A DNA stretch of 64,000 bases from Vicugna vicugna (lineage: Eukaryota): the NCBI GenBank assembly GCA_013265495.1, contig MU058065.1:5120976-5184975 (forward strand), given 5' to 3'. The first letter of the stretch is position 1; each line of letters opens with the position of its first letter. Shown piece after piece: positions 1 to 13,391 of the stretch. Under the pieces are notes generated by a model. The model saw only the letters and a program-made list of their open reading frames with translations, made no database searches and was not told where the DNA came from. A program made the position numbers and the translations under genes.

Positions 1-155
1 CACTGGCTGCTTGATCTCAGACAAGTCACTTGAACTATCTGTTTCTTCATCTATAAAATGGGAATAATACTAACCCTTCACTCCTAGGGTGGCTTGGAGG
101 ATTAAGTTCATACTTGCAAAGTTCTTAGACTAGGGTTTGGAACCTAGTAAGTAAA
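1..155 (+). mobile_element. MIR SINE fragment
   Basis: MIR core TTTCTTCATCTATAAAATGGGAATAATA followed by a MIR-like 3' tail. Confidence 0.85.
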
Positions 156-729
156 ATAAAAGTTTTGATGAAGAAATAAGTAAATTTTCAGCTCTTATTA
201 TTAGCACAGGCCAACCAAACGCCAACTCAGCGAGCTCCCCTGTGCTGGGGTTTATGAAGAAGAAAAGAGGAATTTCTACAAGACACTATAAGAAGCTCTT
301 GTCATCCTTTTTGCTTTTTGTGAAGCATTTGGTGATCCTACACAGAGCACACAGCAGGTGATATTTCTGCAACAAACACATGACCATGACTTGATCTCTT
401 TAGAATGAAATGTTCTTTCTACAAATCAATCGCTAAATAAGCGGATGATCAGTGTCTATAATGAGATGATGAAATTGTACCTGTTAGATCCTTGTAGAAA
501 AATTCTTGTCTGTTCTCAAAACATACCTTTTTTCACTGAAGATTTTATAAACTTTTACTATTTCATTGCATATAAGTTTAAAATGTATGTTATGTATCTT
601 TGTTGACAGAACATGCAGTTTAAATGTGGGTAAGAAAAACCATCTAGTATCTAATTAGGTGTTAACACAAATATCATTTTTGTGACTATCTTTTCAGTGT
701 GTATTCAGACAGATTTTCCATTTGTGCCT

Positions 730-1220
730 AACCAATATAGCTTCTGTTCAATACTACACATATTATTTTGTAACCAGCATTTTTACTTAACATGATACAA
801 GTATCATGCCATATTGCTAAATTCACAGCTATGTTATTTTGTGGAAATCCATTTAGAGTATACCATAACTGGCTTAAATAAACCCCTGTTACTGCACAGT
901 TAAAACGTCTCACGGCTGTAAACAAGATGATAATAAACACCTTGAGATAAGTATCTTTATATACTTGTCCAATTCTCTCCCTTAGGATAAATTCCTTAAA
1001 ACACAATGGCTCATCCAATCATCTGTATATTCCAAGATTTTTGCCAAACTGCCACCCAGAGTATCAACTCCCATCGGCAGAGTATGAGAGTGTCTGTTTT
1101 CCTACATCTTTGTCAACGCTGTTTTATTCTTGTTATTTTCACAGCGTGATAACTAAAATGTAGTATTTCATCAAATATATTCACATTTTTTGATTACTAA
1201 TAAAGTTTAAGCTTTTAAAA
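730..1220 (-). mobile_element. Old L1 (L1M/L1ME-like) 3' fragment
   Basis: Antisense L1 3'-end motifs (TTGCCAAACTGCC, ACTCCCATCGGCAGAGTATGAGAGTG); explains the spurious ORF 728-1018. Confidence 0.7.
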
Positions 1221-2589
1221 GATATTTTTAAAAAAGTACATATATTGTAGACAGCATTGGAGTAAGGGGCTGAAAACTAAATATACTTACAATGTAGTCC
1301 TTAAAGTTATTTGGGTTGTCAACCACTCTGGATTTGATGAAAACCACTGGCTGGGGCACAGACACTAACAAGTTGCGTATAATTCCTAAGTCTCCAACAG
1401 TTTATCTATGGGCTTAATGATGTCCACAGAGGTGGCTGCCTTAAATTAATGTGAAGTGAGAAATCACAAATGTATCATGCTTCACTGGAATGTATCCAGT
1501 CCGTTTTCTGTTTTCTAGTAGCAGCGCACAGAACTAGAACTAATTCTACCAGCAACTCTTCTGGCCATGCTATATTTAAACAAAGTCTCAACATGAGAAA
1601 GATAAGCAAACTGGAAAGCTCCAGCTTCGGTAATGGATGATTTGGGTAGATGAGCCATTTTTCTTCAAGGCATTTGAGGCTGTGAGGTACAAGAGGGGAG
1701 CCCAGGACAGCCGCAAAGGAGTGCTGAGGTTGCGTCATTAATCCTCAGATAAGTCACATACAGCTCCAAGAGCTATTTGGCCTTACGGATTGTATAAAGC
1801 TTACGGGGGCAAAATGAGTACTGGTGATCTCCTCTGAGAAAATCTGCTGTAAAATAGCCAATCTCTCTATGAAATACATTAGGGGATAATTATTAACTTT
1901 TCTTTCAGATTTTTCATTTGACAATGGGTTTTATTATAGTCTCTTCTAAACAGTACCTAAGAGCATTTAAAAATAATTCCATTTTCAAAAATGTGATTTA
2001 CCACCCACTTATTGTGTAAAATGTCTTGTTCTCCTGAGAGTAAAGATGTTCTATGCCAATAAACTATTTTAATACATCATCTGTGGCTCCTTGGGAGACC
2101 ACAATGCTTGATAGATAGCAGGAGTAATCCACTGTGTTATTACAGAGGCTGCACTCAGAAAGATAATCAATAGATCGGTGTCAGCCTGAGGAGGAGAAGG
2201 GGACCGTCCCTAGTGGATTTTGTCTTGACTTTGACTTGATAGTATTGGTATTCCATGTTTCTGCCAGTGATCTGCATGATGGAATAGTTAGTACAACATT
2301 AAGCTTTTCAAGTGACACAAATCTAGAGTGGCTGGCATTTTGCATTGGAAGATTAAATGCCCCTGTGGATTTAAAGAGTGTTCAGAAATAAAGAGAACTG
2401 AACGTGAAAAGGATGAATGAAGGAGAGTGTCTCTGGAGAGAAACAACGTGGGCAGCCGCCTGAACAAACACAAAGGAGAGAGTACCTACCTGTCTTTAAA
2501 AACCACAGCCACCAAAAGGTGACATAAGAATCAGATTTGAAGATATGACGACCTTGGTCCAACAGCGGTGCTTCAATTTTAAAAAGAAA

Positions 2590-2700
2590 CCATTCATTTA
2601 TTAATTCAATAATATTTATCAGGCACCCACTCTGAGCCAGCCCCTGTGATGCTGAGATACGTGAATATAAGCACCATTATGCTGTCTTTCCAACAGATCA
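2590..2700 (-). mobile_element. L2 3' end
   Basis: CATTCATTTATT..AATATTTATCAGGCACCCACTCTGAGCCAG is the reverse complement of an L2 terminus. Confidence 0.7.
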
Positions 2701-2769
2701 TTTTTGATAATGGGATATGTTTTACTAGGGGCTAAAATCCAGTAAGTTTTTTCTCAGTTTTGGAGGAAG

Positions 2770-3065
2770 CATGGAGAGTCTGAAAGACTACAGAGGGGGA
2801 GGCACCAAACAAACAGGGTTAAGAGGTAAGGCTTCAACTGAAAAGATAAAGTAAGTGGAGGGTTTCAGCCTTAAGAGTGATCTAATGCAGGTAACCAGCT
2901 GTTTTCCATTTATTTAGAGTGGAAATTATTTTAAATGGGTCTAAACACTGCACAACAGTGCAAGTAAAGACAATGCCTGGGAGAGTCAACGCTAAGACAG
3001 GATTTGAATGGGAATCTCCATTGTAAAACTCTGAAAATTCAATAAGCCCTTTTGGCTAGGGCCCC
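2770..3065 (+). mobile_element. L3/CR1 LINE fragment
   Basis: Collinear CR1-like motifs (CAGAGGGGGAGGCACCAA, TTTCAGCCT, ACCAGCTGTTTTCCAT, AAATGGGTCTAAA, GGAATCTCC). Confidence 0.5.
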
Positions 3066-3769
3066 TGTTACATGAAGGAGATGGTTCCAGGCCTCCCGTA
3101 TCTCTTCTAACTGAGTCTGTCTATAAGGACTCTACTTCCTGAATGCTTTTCAGATGGGAAATTAGCCCATCACGTGGACAAGAGTAAACATTTTTTTGGA
3201 CTTGTTCAATTCTTAGGCATTTATCTCCTTATTGAATTACGGTTTATCTCAGCCACAGTCTACATGGCCTTAAAAATTCTAATTGCTATGTGGGAAGGAA
3301 GATCCTAAATTGGAGTAGTACAACCATTACATTTTAGAGTTTGTGGCTACTTCTCATTGTACAGACACAGCTCCATTCTGTGGAGATGCTCTTCTTTCCC
3401 TGTTTTAGCCTTTATTTCCAGTAAGTGTTTTCTAATTGAAAAGGTAATCTGTATTTACTAAGGGTTTGGAAAATTTATTTAGAGAATTTAGAAAACTCAG
3501 GTAAGTAAAAATAATAAAAATGTGAACAGTGGGTATCTTTGAGCAATAGGGTTTGGGGCAAGTTTTATTTCATCTGGCTGTGATTTCAGCATTTGTGCTT
3601 TCCCTCAGTGACACTTTTACATGAAGGACATTCCCATGGGCTTACTCAGATTTGGACAATCGAACCGTACCATGCAAAAAATAGCTTTTGGTTTATTCAC
3701 AATTTCCATAATAACTGCATCCATTTCGCAAATTTGAGGCAGGGAAACAATGTGAAATAGTGGGTGGAA

Positions 3770-4012
3770 ACATGGCATAATGGTTATGAGTCCAGGTTAG
3801 ACTTGCATTCAAATCTACCCTGTCCCACAGGTGCAACCTTGACCCAGATAGTCAAACTCTACGTATGTTTCTTCATCATCAGAATAGCTAATAAGATTGC
3901 CTGTCTCATGAACTTATTGTGAAAATTAAATGAGTATTTATAAAACACGCCCAATACAATGTCTGCCACACAGAAAGGGCTAAGTAAATAGGTTTTTTTC
4001 TATTATTATTAT
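3770..4012 (+). mobile_element. MIR SINE
   Basis: Degenerate head (CATGGCATAATGGTT), core and TATTATT tail. Confidence 0.7.
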
Positions 4013-4099
4013 ACTCCAAGTGAGAGCCATTGCTCTGTGTGTAGCCTCCTTTTTTGGATGCTAAATATAGTGATCATCTGTATATATTAATAAATATTA

Positions 4100-4340
4100 T
4101 TCTAAAATATAACTTTTAAATGTCTGCATAATATTCCATTATTTGCACTTACTACAAGTTCTTTAACAATTCCCTTTATAGGATATTTCAGTTGTTTATA
4201 ACTTTCCAGTTGTAATAAATAGTGATAGAGAATTAGAGGATCATGGAGCTGGCAAAAGTTCAAAGCTCTTAAGCCATGTTGCTGAACTGCTCCAGAAAGT
4301 CCGGATCCTCTTACAGCCCCACCAGCAGGGTCTAGAAGTC
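4100..4340 (-). mobile_element. Old L1 fragment
   Basis: Antisense L1 3' motifs CTGCATAATATTCCATT, CAGTTGTTT, CCCACCAGCAG. Confidence 0.55.
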
Positions 4341-4439
4341 ATGCGTTGGTTTTGGGGTCACGCTTTTCACTCCCCAAAGCCCTGTTTCCCTTCACTTAAA
4401 CCTCAGGATGATAATGAAAAATTCAGTTATCCCTCTGCT

Positions 4440-5140
4440 TATTAGCATCCACCTGGCTGGAATTTCAAACTCAAGCTTCACAAAACTGAGATTAAACTCC
4501 TTCTGACTTGCCGTCTCTCAGTGCCAACAACCCCTCTGGCAGCACAGGCTTACAATTCACCCAGTCATTTACTCTTGTCATTCTCCTACCTTTTGTACCA
4601 AACAAAATGCAAAATCCTGTGACTTCTCCTCCAGAATATCTTTTGGTCCTGCTTTTCCTTCCATACCCTCTGCCATTAACCTAAGGGATGGCGTCTGTTG
4701 TCTCTGGCCAGTACCATTTCAATTAAGGACCCAGCAAATCTCTTTATATCCCATCTCCCCCTTTGGCAGCTTCTTCCACCTCGCAGCAATACTGATATCT
4801 GATCGTGCTGGTCTGTGCTAAAAACCCTCCAGAGGGTCCACACTTACCGTGGAATAAAACCCAGACCTCTCAGTTTGGCACTCAGCATCAATTAGAGTCT
4901 GGCCATATTCTGCCTTCCTAGGGCTCTGTTCCTTCTGCTCCTTTAGGAAAACCTTGCCCCCACCACGCTCAAATATATCCAGTATCCACCTCCATATATT
5001 TGTCTACATGGCTTCCTTTACCTGAAAGATCTCTTGAATTTCCTTTCTATCTGTTTTTCAGGATTCAGCTCAACATCATTTTCTCCATGAGCCCCTGCCT
5101 AGCTCCTAGCCCAAAACATCCCTCTTTCCTCTAAATTCTC
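4440..5140 (+). mobile_element. L2 LINE fragment
   Basis: Pyrimidine-rich L2 body motifs (TCAAACTCAA, TCTGATCGTG, CTAAAAACCCTCCAG, ATAAAACCCAGACC, ATTCAGCTCAACATCA). Confidence 0.7.
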
Positions 5141-5165
5141 ATATTCCCTCATTTGTTTGGGGAGT

Positions 5166-5873
5166 TGTGTTAGGCAGAATAATACTCCCCACACAAAGAC
5201 ATCCACTTTCTAATCCCCAGAACCTGGGAATATGTTATGTTATATGGCAGGGAGGAATTAAGGTTGCAGATGAAATTTTGGGTTGCTAATCAGCTGACCT
5301 TAAAATAAGGAGATTATCCTGGATTGCCTGGTGGACCTAGTGTAATCAGAAGAGTCCTTAAATGTAGAAGAAGGAAGAAAAGTCAGTGTCAGAGAAATGC
5401 AATGTGAGAAAAACCTGATCAGTCATTGCTGGCTTTGAAGCCAGGACGGGACCACTAGCTAAGGAGTGCAAGCAGCCTCTGGAAACTGGAAAAGACAAGA
5501 AACAGATTCTGCCCTTGAGCCTCCAAAAAGGAACACACCTTTGTGGACACCTTGATTTTAGCTCAATGAGACCCATTTTGGACTTCTGACCTTCAGAAAT
5601 ACAAAACAATAAATTTGTAGGGGATTAAGAGGTACAAACTACTATGTGTAAAATAAGTAAGATACAAGGATATACTATTCACCATGGGGAATATAGCCAA
5701 TATTTAATAATAGCTATAAATGCAGTATACCTTTTAAAAATTGTGAATCACTATATTGTATATCTACAACTAATTTATTATTATAAACTATATCTCAATT
5801 AAAAAAAAGTAAATTTGTGTTTTCTAATACATTGTGTAGTAACTTGTTAAAGCATCAATAAGAAATTAATACA
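5166..5873 (+). mobile_element. MaLR solo LTR (MLT1D-like), split by an L1 insertion
   Basis: Starts TGTGTTAGGCAGAATAAT and ends AAATTAATACA; typical MLT1 body (GGAGATTATCCTGGATT, GACTTCTGACCTTCAGAA). Confidence 0.9.
5619..5809 (+). mobile_element. 5'-truncated L1 3' end inserted in the MLT1D-like LTR
   Basis: L1 3'UTR (GAGGTACAAACTACTATG..TGTGAATCACTATATTGT), A-tail, and TSD TAAATTTGT at 5610-5618 and 5810-5818. Confidence 0.9.
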
Positions 5874-5881
5874 GGGGGAAT

Positions 5882-6140
5882 CATGTGTGGTAGAAAGAGT
5901 ATATTCGAGGTAAATATATCTGGATTTATATCCCAGATCTGCCACTAACTCACCATGTGATGCTGGACATGTTTTTGGTTCAAGTTTTGATTTTAATATC
6001 TTTGTACCTCAGTTTTCTTATCTATAAAATATCAGGAAAGATATTGACATTATTGGGTTGTTGTAAAGATTAAATTATCAGTTTTATGTGTTTAATGACC
6101 AAGATAATGTGACTGGCACATAGTAGCACTCACTCAATCT
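5882..6140 (+). mobile_element. MIR SINE
   Basis: ATCCCAGATCTGCCACTAACT, CCTCAGTTTTCTTATCTATAAAAT, CTGGCACATAGTAGCACTCA. Confidence 0.8.
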
Positions 6141-7844
6141 TTACCAGTTAGTCCCTCAATTCCTTCACTGTGGCCTTTAACACATTCATTCTTTAGTTAT
6201 TGCTTTTTAGGAACTTTCTTTATCTTTGCTAATATATTGAGAGTAGTTAATATGGATTTTTTTCATACCAGGTTCTAAACACACAGCCAGCTGGAGGGAA
6301 GGAAGAAAAGAAATTTGAATAAATGTATCAATTTCCAGGTAATATTTTCTATTATATCATCCTAAAATATTCTGCCCATCTGAGTATAAAAGAAAAATGT
6401 TTTATTAAATTCTTCCCAAGAGAAGAGAAATAAAAGTAAATATGTTTTCTTGTACTATGTAATTAAATTTCAGCTTTTCATGAATGTTCTCCATCAATCA
6501 ATGATATTTTAAAATTGTAAATAGCTTATGATAATCAAAACAAACAGCAAAAATAAGCCACAAATTGATACAAATAATTTTCTCTCTAAGGTGTTGATTG
6601 AACAAAATGGAACCTCATTGAGATCCAATTAAGAAGAACTCACCAGAAAGCCATAATGACCCAAGACATCTTGTGGGTTTACAAAAATAGCTCACAGAGT
6701 GAAAGAGATGTTGTTGTTTTTGCTTCCATGTTTGTTCAAAGTATTGTTTTAGAACATTGTCTTAGAAACCAGTGCATATTAATATGAAAGTTTTACATCA
6801 TGGTTAAAGGCCAAGAAGAAAGAAGGGAAAAATGAAAATAAAGAAGACTAACATTTGCTCTGCTCTGTCCCAAGCCATGCTGAGTGCTTTCACATGCATC
6901 TCATATAATTAAGGAAATCTGAAGTTTCAATTTGTGGAATCCAAGGTAATCCACTGGGTTGTGAGTGAAGGATGTAAGAGAGTGCTGACAACAAACTGGT
7001 CTCTCAATGCTGGAATACAGACCTAAGCCCTGAGTTAAGGGAATTCAGCTCTTGTTGAGTTAATGCAGTACTTTTAGCCCAGCAGGATTTGTTTTTTTAA
7101 TTTTGTTATTCTGGAATGAATCAAACTCAATTTCCTGACGTGTAAACTCCCAGTTTAATTTTCAAGGGAAAAAAAGCTTAACAATACAGTAGCTCCCCCC
7201 TTTGAAAAGGCAACAGACCAACCCTGATCAACCATAACATGTGGTGCACTTTGAAAGCGGCAGGTGGGACTCCTCTCTCACCACTGATGGCGCACATGCA
7301 AAGGGACAACTTGTCTACCACCATCACCAAGCATCCATTAGGCAGCTAATGGAATGAAGAATTATGCAAAAAGAATTCCACAGACACAGTTCCCTGTCCT
7401 CCTCACCTTCTTAACTCATGAAAAATTGGCTCCCTCTGACTACAGATTTTCAGAGGACTCTGCTGGTGCCTGGCACAAGCAGTTTGTTATTCTAAGAAAA
7501 CAGTGTTCCATCGCAAATCGTAAGAATAGGCTTCCAAACCTTTGTTTGGGCGGCTCTGGGCTTTATTATTGTTGTGGTTGCTGTTGTTCTTAAGCATTCT
7601 GCCTGACCAAGAACCATCTTCTGAAGTGTGAATTTAATATAACTACCTACCAAGGTCACCTCTTATCTCTCATTTCATGTTTCATCTATATCTCAGAAAG
7701 AAATTTAATGCAATTACTAGAAATGGGCTTTCAAGAAGAAGAGTTATCAAGTATGTCCCCACAACTTTATAAAAGTGCCCAAATCCTTCTGGGCTAAAAG
7801 TGCCAAGATCCCAATATTATTCATTCAGCCCCAGTTGTTCAGTC

Positions 7845-8030
7845 CTAGCCACTGTGCCATATGGCATCTCATTAAGCACTCACAACACTCCTATCAAGTG
7901 ATTACTATTATCACTTTTATGGATGAAGGCATTCAGACGGGGAGGCTAAGAAACATGCCCAGATACACGGGAATTAATAGCGGTCATGATTGGAACCCAG
8001 TTCTGATTTAAGTTTTTTCCTCTTTCACCA
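7845..8030 (-). mobile_element. MIR SINE fragment
   Basis: Antisense MIR core (ATCTCATT..CTCACAACA..TTTTATGGATGAAG..GAGGCTAAG). Confidence 0.65.
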
Positions 8031-8509
8031 TTAACGCTTCCTTACACCTCCACACACTCCTGTAACAAATTCAAAGCTACAACAAATTTCCTCACCTCCA
8101 TTTCAACTTTTCTCTGTTATTCTTAAACATCTGTTTTATCTGCAAATAAAATGTGATGATTGTGTGACTGAAACCCTACCTAACGCACTTAGAGCTGCTT
8201 TGAACAGGATGAGCCCAAGCTTATCTCCAAAACATTCATTGGGCAGATTGAAAACTTCAAAGCAGATAGACCCAGTAGTGTGAAAGTTATTAATCTGTCA
8301 CATCCCCATATGGAGACATGTGCTAATGATTCCCTTTTCTCGTTCAAGTCACTCCAAAAAAGAACCTCAAGTAGAAGAATGCAAAAACCAACCAACTAAT
8401 GGAAAAGTGATACATATATACAATTCCTTAGTGAGTTTACATTGGGTAGAGAAATTGCCAATTGTATCTGCACTGGGGAACAGCATGTCACACTGGCTAG
8501 GAATATTGT

Positions 8510-8735
8510 AGGCGTTGGAAATTCTGGCTCCTGCATTTATTAGCTGTGAGAGTTGGGTGAGTCATGTAGTCTCACAAGATCTCAGTTCCCTCCTCTCTAA
8601 AATGTTAATAATAATGGTAGTAATAAGAGTTGATAATAGTAAAACTCATATAGTCATTTGAGACATGAATGAAATATCATATATTATAAGGTTAGCACAA
8701 TGAAGGAGAAATGGGAAGCAGTAAATAAAGTCACA
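8510..8735 (+). mobile_element. MIR SINE
   Basis: TTAGCTGTGAGAGTTGGG..CTCAGTTCCCTCCTCTCTAAAATG core. Confidence 0.7.
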
Positions 8736-10337
8736 TAAAATATTATTTTAGAGTTTTATGTCTCCAGAATGTGACTAAAAGATACTAAACTTGGTCTCCT
8801 ATCAACTGAATTATTTAATCAGCTGCACCATTTGTTTCCTGATTCCTCTAAGCCATTTTTAAAGCCTTCAAGTTATTCACAAAGAAACGCCACCAACCAA
8901 AAAATTATGATTAATACTAACCAGTGCCTGTGCTTCCAAGGAATATCAAGGGATAAAGGACCACAATAGTTACATAGTTTCCTAACGGTCAACTTCAACC
9001 GTTTTTATGGAAGGTGGGAAATGGAAAATTTGTATGAGTCTGTTTTTCCCCCTAAGGACAAAAAGAAAAAGGAATTTCCATAGAAATGATTTTTCTGGCA
9101 TCTCCAGAATAATATGAGAAAATTGCACCTGAGATGTTTATATTGCAAGATAGGAAATGCTATGATAAATGGAAATTAAAAAGTGAGGATTTATTGGTTC
9201 TCACTGTGGAGTCCCCATTGCACAGTACTAGCCACTGTGACATATGGTGTTCCCGTGAGTCTCTCAGTAGTGTTCCCATTGCTTCAGGGCCACAAGAAAT
9301 AAAGGAGAAATTCAAACACCGCAGGCCCCACCTTTGCCACATCTACTTTAGTACCTGTTGAGCAGGCATCGATGAATAATGAAAAATGCTGAATTCAGGG
9401 CTTAGGGGATCATGATTTCCAGGCTCCTACTCAATAATCTCCCACCCTCAAAATAACATTCTCTTACCACTCCAGCATTAGAAAAGCTAGTTCAAGCAGC
9501 TTATTCACAGAGGCAGAGGGTGTGTAAGCCATGTATGCTGGACTCACATGGCTTCACCACAGCCCCCAAAAAGAAACATACCTACAGTCAAAGGAACTGA
9601 GTCCAAGAATGGTTTTCCATATTTCCTGTGGGAATCCAGAGGAAGTTTCTTTACAAAACTTATATTATTTTCTCTAAATCCAGGGAAATTTGGCATGTCA
9701 TCTGATAGGGATTGAAGGTAAGCTACCTAACACCGTGTAAGTTAAAATGCTTTAATTTCCTGGAGGAATGAGTTTCATGTTAATGATTCTAGGAACCCCA
9801 CTTTGCGGAGTTTCTCTGCTTCTTCTGACAGAGTCACTCACCAGACCACCAACGAGCAAATACTTCGATGATGCCACAGATCAACAGAACCACCATGCTC
9901 TGTGGGACTCCTACTGGGAAGTACATTTTGGAGTAAAAACACCTATCAACAGACCAGGAAGGAAAGACTGAACTTACCTTCATTTATAACACATCACATC
10001 GGCACAGAGGTTATTTCATTAACCAAAATTCCCTGTCTGTTCTTTTTAAGGTTCTCTAGACCCAGAGGGTCTGCTTTTTCATTCTTGAAGCTTTACCTAA
10101 TAATTTCATATCCAAAGTGCTCTAGATGGTAAAGAATGCATTTTCATATGATCAATTTGGGAATGAATCACATTAGCAAAGTCTTTATTAATCCAGACTA
10201 TTAAAAAAATCTATTTGGCCCTGAAGAACCATGCTTCCGGAAAGTAAACAATAGCTAAATTCAGTCATAAAGTTCCTACAACATTGTCATATCTTGCTTG
10301 CCAAAAAAATTACTATTTCTACATCATAATCCCAAAG

Positions 10338-10440
10338 TAAAGAGAGAAAGAATGAGAGACAGAGAGGAGAGAGAAAGAGAAAAAAGGAAAAAGAAGGAGG
10401 AGGAGAAGGAAGAAAAGGAAGGAAGGATGGAAAGAAGGGG
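10338..10440. repeat. GA-rich low-complexity tract
   Basis: Near-pure purine run; source of the spurious E/K/R-rich ORF 10298-10537. Confidence 0.9.
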
Positions 10441-10611
10441 GTTTACATGCTTAAATGGTGAGCATGAGCGTGTATTCAAATCTCAGCTCAATCCAACAAC
10501 TGTGTATACTGTGGTCACGCAATACGTATTTAACTAATGAATGAGTAAATGGATGAAAACCTTTAGATTGTTATCAGGATTATTATTATTATTAGTAGTA
10601 GTAATAATATT

Positions 10612-10860
10612 AATAATGAACACTTTTTTAGTGCATGCATTAGTCAGGCACTATTCCAAGCACTTCACGTGTGCATTAACTCATTTAATCTCACAGTAAC
10701 TCTAGGATGTTGGGAACTATTTTCATCACCATTTACAAATAAGAAAACTGAGACACAAAGGTTTTAAGTAACTTGCCCAAGACTATATGACCAGTAAGTT
10801 GCAGAGACAGGATTTGGACCCAGGCAGCCTGGTACTAGGATCCACACTATAACCACTGTA
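10612..10860 (-). mobile_element. Near full-length MIR SINE
   Basis: TAACTCATTTAATCTCACA, AAGAAAACTGAGACACAAAGG, AAGTAACTTGCCCAAG, GGATTTGGACCCAGGCAG. Confidence 0.9.
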
Positions 10861-12414
10861 TTTTGTGAAAACTTAACTCCAATTGGCTTAAATGATAAAG
10901 AAAAGCATTGGAAGTGCAAAGGTAGAATAAGTTCCAACGTGGTATAATCAGTGACCAATATTTTTACTTCAAAAGGACCTAAATCATTTTGATTTACCTG
11001 TTCTGCCATATGCATTGTTGTTTTCGCCCTAAGACAGATTCCTTTGTGGATACAAGTTGTCCTTGTTTGCATTTGGAAAAGATATGAGAAAGAAAACTTG
11101 GCTCTCACCACTCATCACAATATAAACCCCCATTCTAGGCTAATTGGGGCAACTTAGGACACATACCCAACTCTAGACCAAAAACAGTCATGGAATAGTG
11201 ACATAAACTGAGAGTCATCCGGGATGCAATGATATTTCAAGAGTTAATCAGAGTCCACAATAGTATTTTGGCTTAGAAATGGCTATAGGTGAAGCCTATA
11301 GAGAGACCAATTTTTATATTCTGCCTTCGGAATAATCATAAGCTGTAATGATTTCACCATAAACTTTATGAATTAGAACATCTCTAAGTTAACCTCCATT
11401 TCTGGTATTCTATGATCTTATATATTCATTCAATTTTTTATTAACATTTCTCAGAGGGAAAATGTTCCTAGGGAAATATTTTCATATAACAGAATTTTTC
11501 TAATAAAACACTATTAAGTCTGCATCAGTGGCCATCTTGGTGACTTAAAAGGGAAAACGTGATAGAATAAAGGGGAACCATAAGGTCCTGACTATGCTGC
11601 CTTTCACAGTCTTAGGAGGAGACACTTTTCATCATACCCTGGGATCTATCCATTTTTGTCCACATGATAAGTGCAAGAATGAACCTTAGGTAGACCTAAT
11701 GTGTGGACCTGCTAAGAGACACTATACCTGAGACACTGATCTTTGATTCAGTCAGTTTTAGGACACTAAGAAAGGTTCCCAGGTTGTCTTTGTACCATGA
11801 GCTAGCACACAGGCAGGCGTAGTCTCCACGCCATCCGCAAAGCACATGAGAATACAACTGCAGCTCAGTAATGGGACAGGGGCAGCTCTCACCAACAAGA
11901 GAACTCCAGCTCCCTGCAGATGGGGTCATCGGCAGCTGTATGTTCCTAGGGACACAGGGAGACCCAGGAAGCCTGCACCTGGGATCACACCTTATTGTCT
12001 CCTGCTATTGTAACAATCTTCAGTTTCCATACCCTTTGCCATTAAAGAAACATTATATGCTATCACTGTGTCCACTGGTCTCTCACCATCAATCACATCA
12101 CTGTCCCATGGAGACACTCAAGCAGTTACACAGGAAATTGAACAAGAGTAGTCTGAGAGTCAGACACTTTCTTCAAAGTCTCTATGTATTGAACCTAGAA
12201 ATGGCTGAAAGGCCACTTTTCTGAGGTGTCCTATACGGTTCTGCTGGCATCTGCAAGCACCCTGATATGACTGAAGAGATCCACTTATATTAAGCATCCA
12301 ATGGGTTGATGAGACTCCGTCTGCTTTGGCAGTCAGAGTGACTGTCTGCTGAGTTGAGTTCTTTAGGATTTTGCTGCTCAAAAGAATGGTCCACAGACTA
12401 GCGGCATCCACTGA

Positions 12415-12522
12415 AATCTAGTATCTGGTGTCCTGCCCCAGACCCACTGATTTCTTAAGAATATGAATTTTAACAAGATCCTCAAGTGTTCCCTATATAC
12501 ATTAAAGTTTGGGTAGCTATTG
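12415..12522. mobile_element. MER5-type hAT-Charlie MITE fragment
   Basis: CCCCAGACCCACTGA..TTTTAACAAGATCCTCAAGTG..ACATTAAAGTTTG. Confidence 0.55.
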
Positions 12523-12789
12523 CTGCTTTAAAGGATGGTCTTCTTTGGCTTAAAGAAAGGTACTCCCTTCCATTTCTTCATTAAATAGGAAATTCATGTT
12601 GAGTCAGTCAAATACCACTTGCAAATACCCACCCTTGGAGCCGTATCTTCAGAATCATGTAGTGGATAAGACAGACATACACAAATGATATACTCCCGTA
12701 AGTACATATGGTACACCTCTAAGATTCTAGATAGTCTCATCTTATCAACCACTTATAATTATTATGTGAATAACCAATTACCAGAATTA

Positions 12790-13130
12790 AGTCTAAAATG
12801 TTCTCTTTAAAGACTATGTGAAACACAAAGCAACCCAAGTAATTTAATGAAACAGAACTGTTCAGCCCAAAGTCAAGAGACCTGAGAAGGCATCATTGCC
12901 AACCCACAACATGTCAGACTGGTCACAGGACAAGGGACTAACTCTGCATAGAAAACAAAAGACAAAGATAGTGTAAAAAGGAAGACGTGGCCAAGAGGCA
13001 GAGTCCAACTTCATTTAAGGAAGAAGTCCCTGATAATTAGAACCAACCATGGTATTAAATATGTGGCTCTGAAAATTACTATCAGAATTGCATTGAGAAC
13101 AAAATCCATTCTTTGCCTCTGGCCTGGATG
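12790..13130 (+). mobile_element. L3/CR1 fragment
   Basis: CTGTTCAGCCC and GAGGCAGAGTCCAACTTCATTTAAGGAAGAAGTCCCTGATAATTAGA resemble the L3 3' region. Confidence 0.45.
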
Positions 13131-13385
13131 ATACCAGGCCTCTGCACCTCCGCCCAGCCTCCTCCTTGTTCACTGCATCCTCCTGACAGGCTAGCTCTGC
13201 TCTCTCTCTGACACGTGTACCAAGTTCATTCCACCGAGGGTTTTCACACCTGCTGCCACCTCAGTGTGAAGGGTCATCTCCAGCCATTTCCCTGAGTGGC
13301 CTCCTCACTCCAGGCAGGTCCCTGCTCAAGTGTCCCTTCTTCCCAGAGGACCCTTCAATATAGAATAATCCCCCTCCTTCATCTC
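13130..13385 (+). mobile_element. L2 fragment
   Basis: AGGGTTTTCACACCTGCTG, CTGCTCAAGTGTCCCTTCTTCCCAGAGG. Confidence 0.65.
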
Positions 13386-13391
13386 TCTATT

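Noticed and set aside
464..541. Box C/D snoRNA (ATGATGA ... CTGA ~70 nt apart)
   Set aside because: No terminal stem and no recognisable guide sequence; such motif pairs are common by chance.
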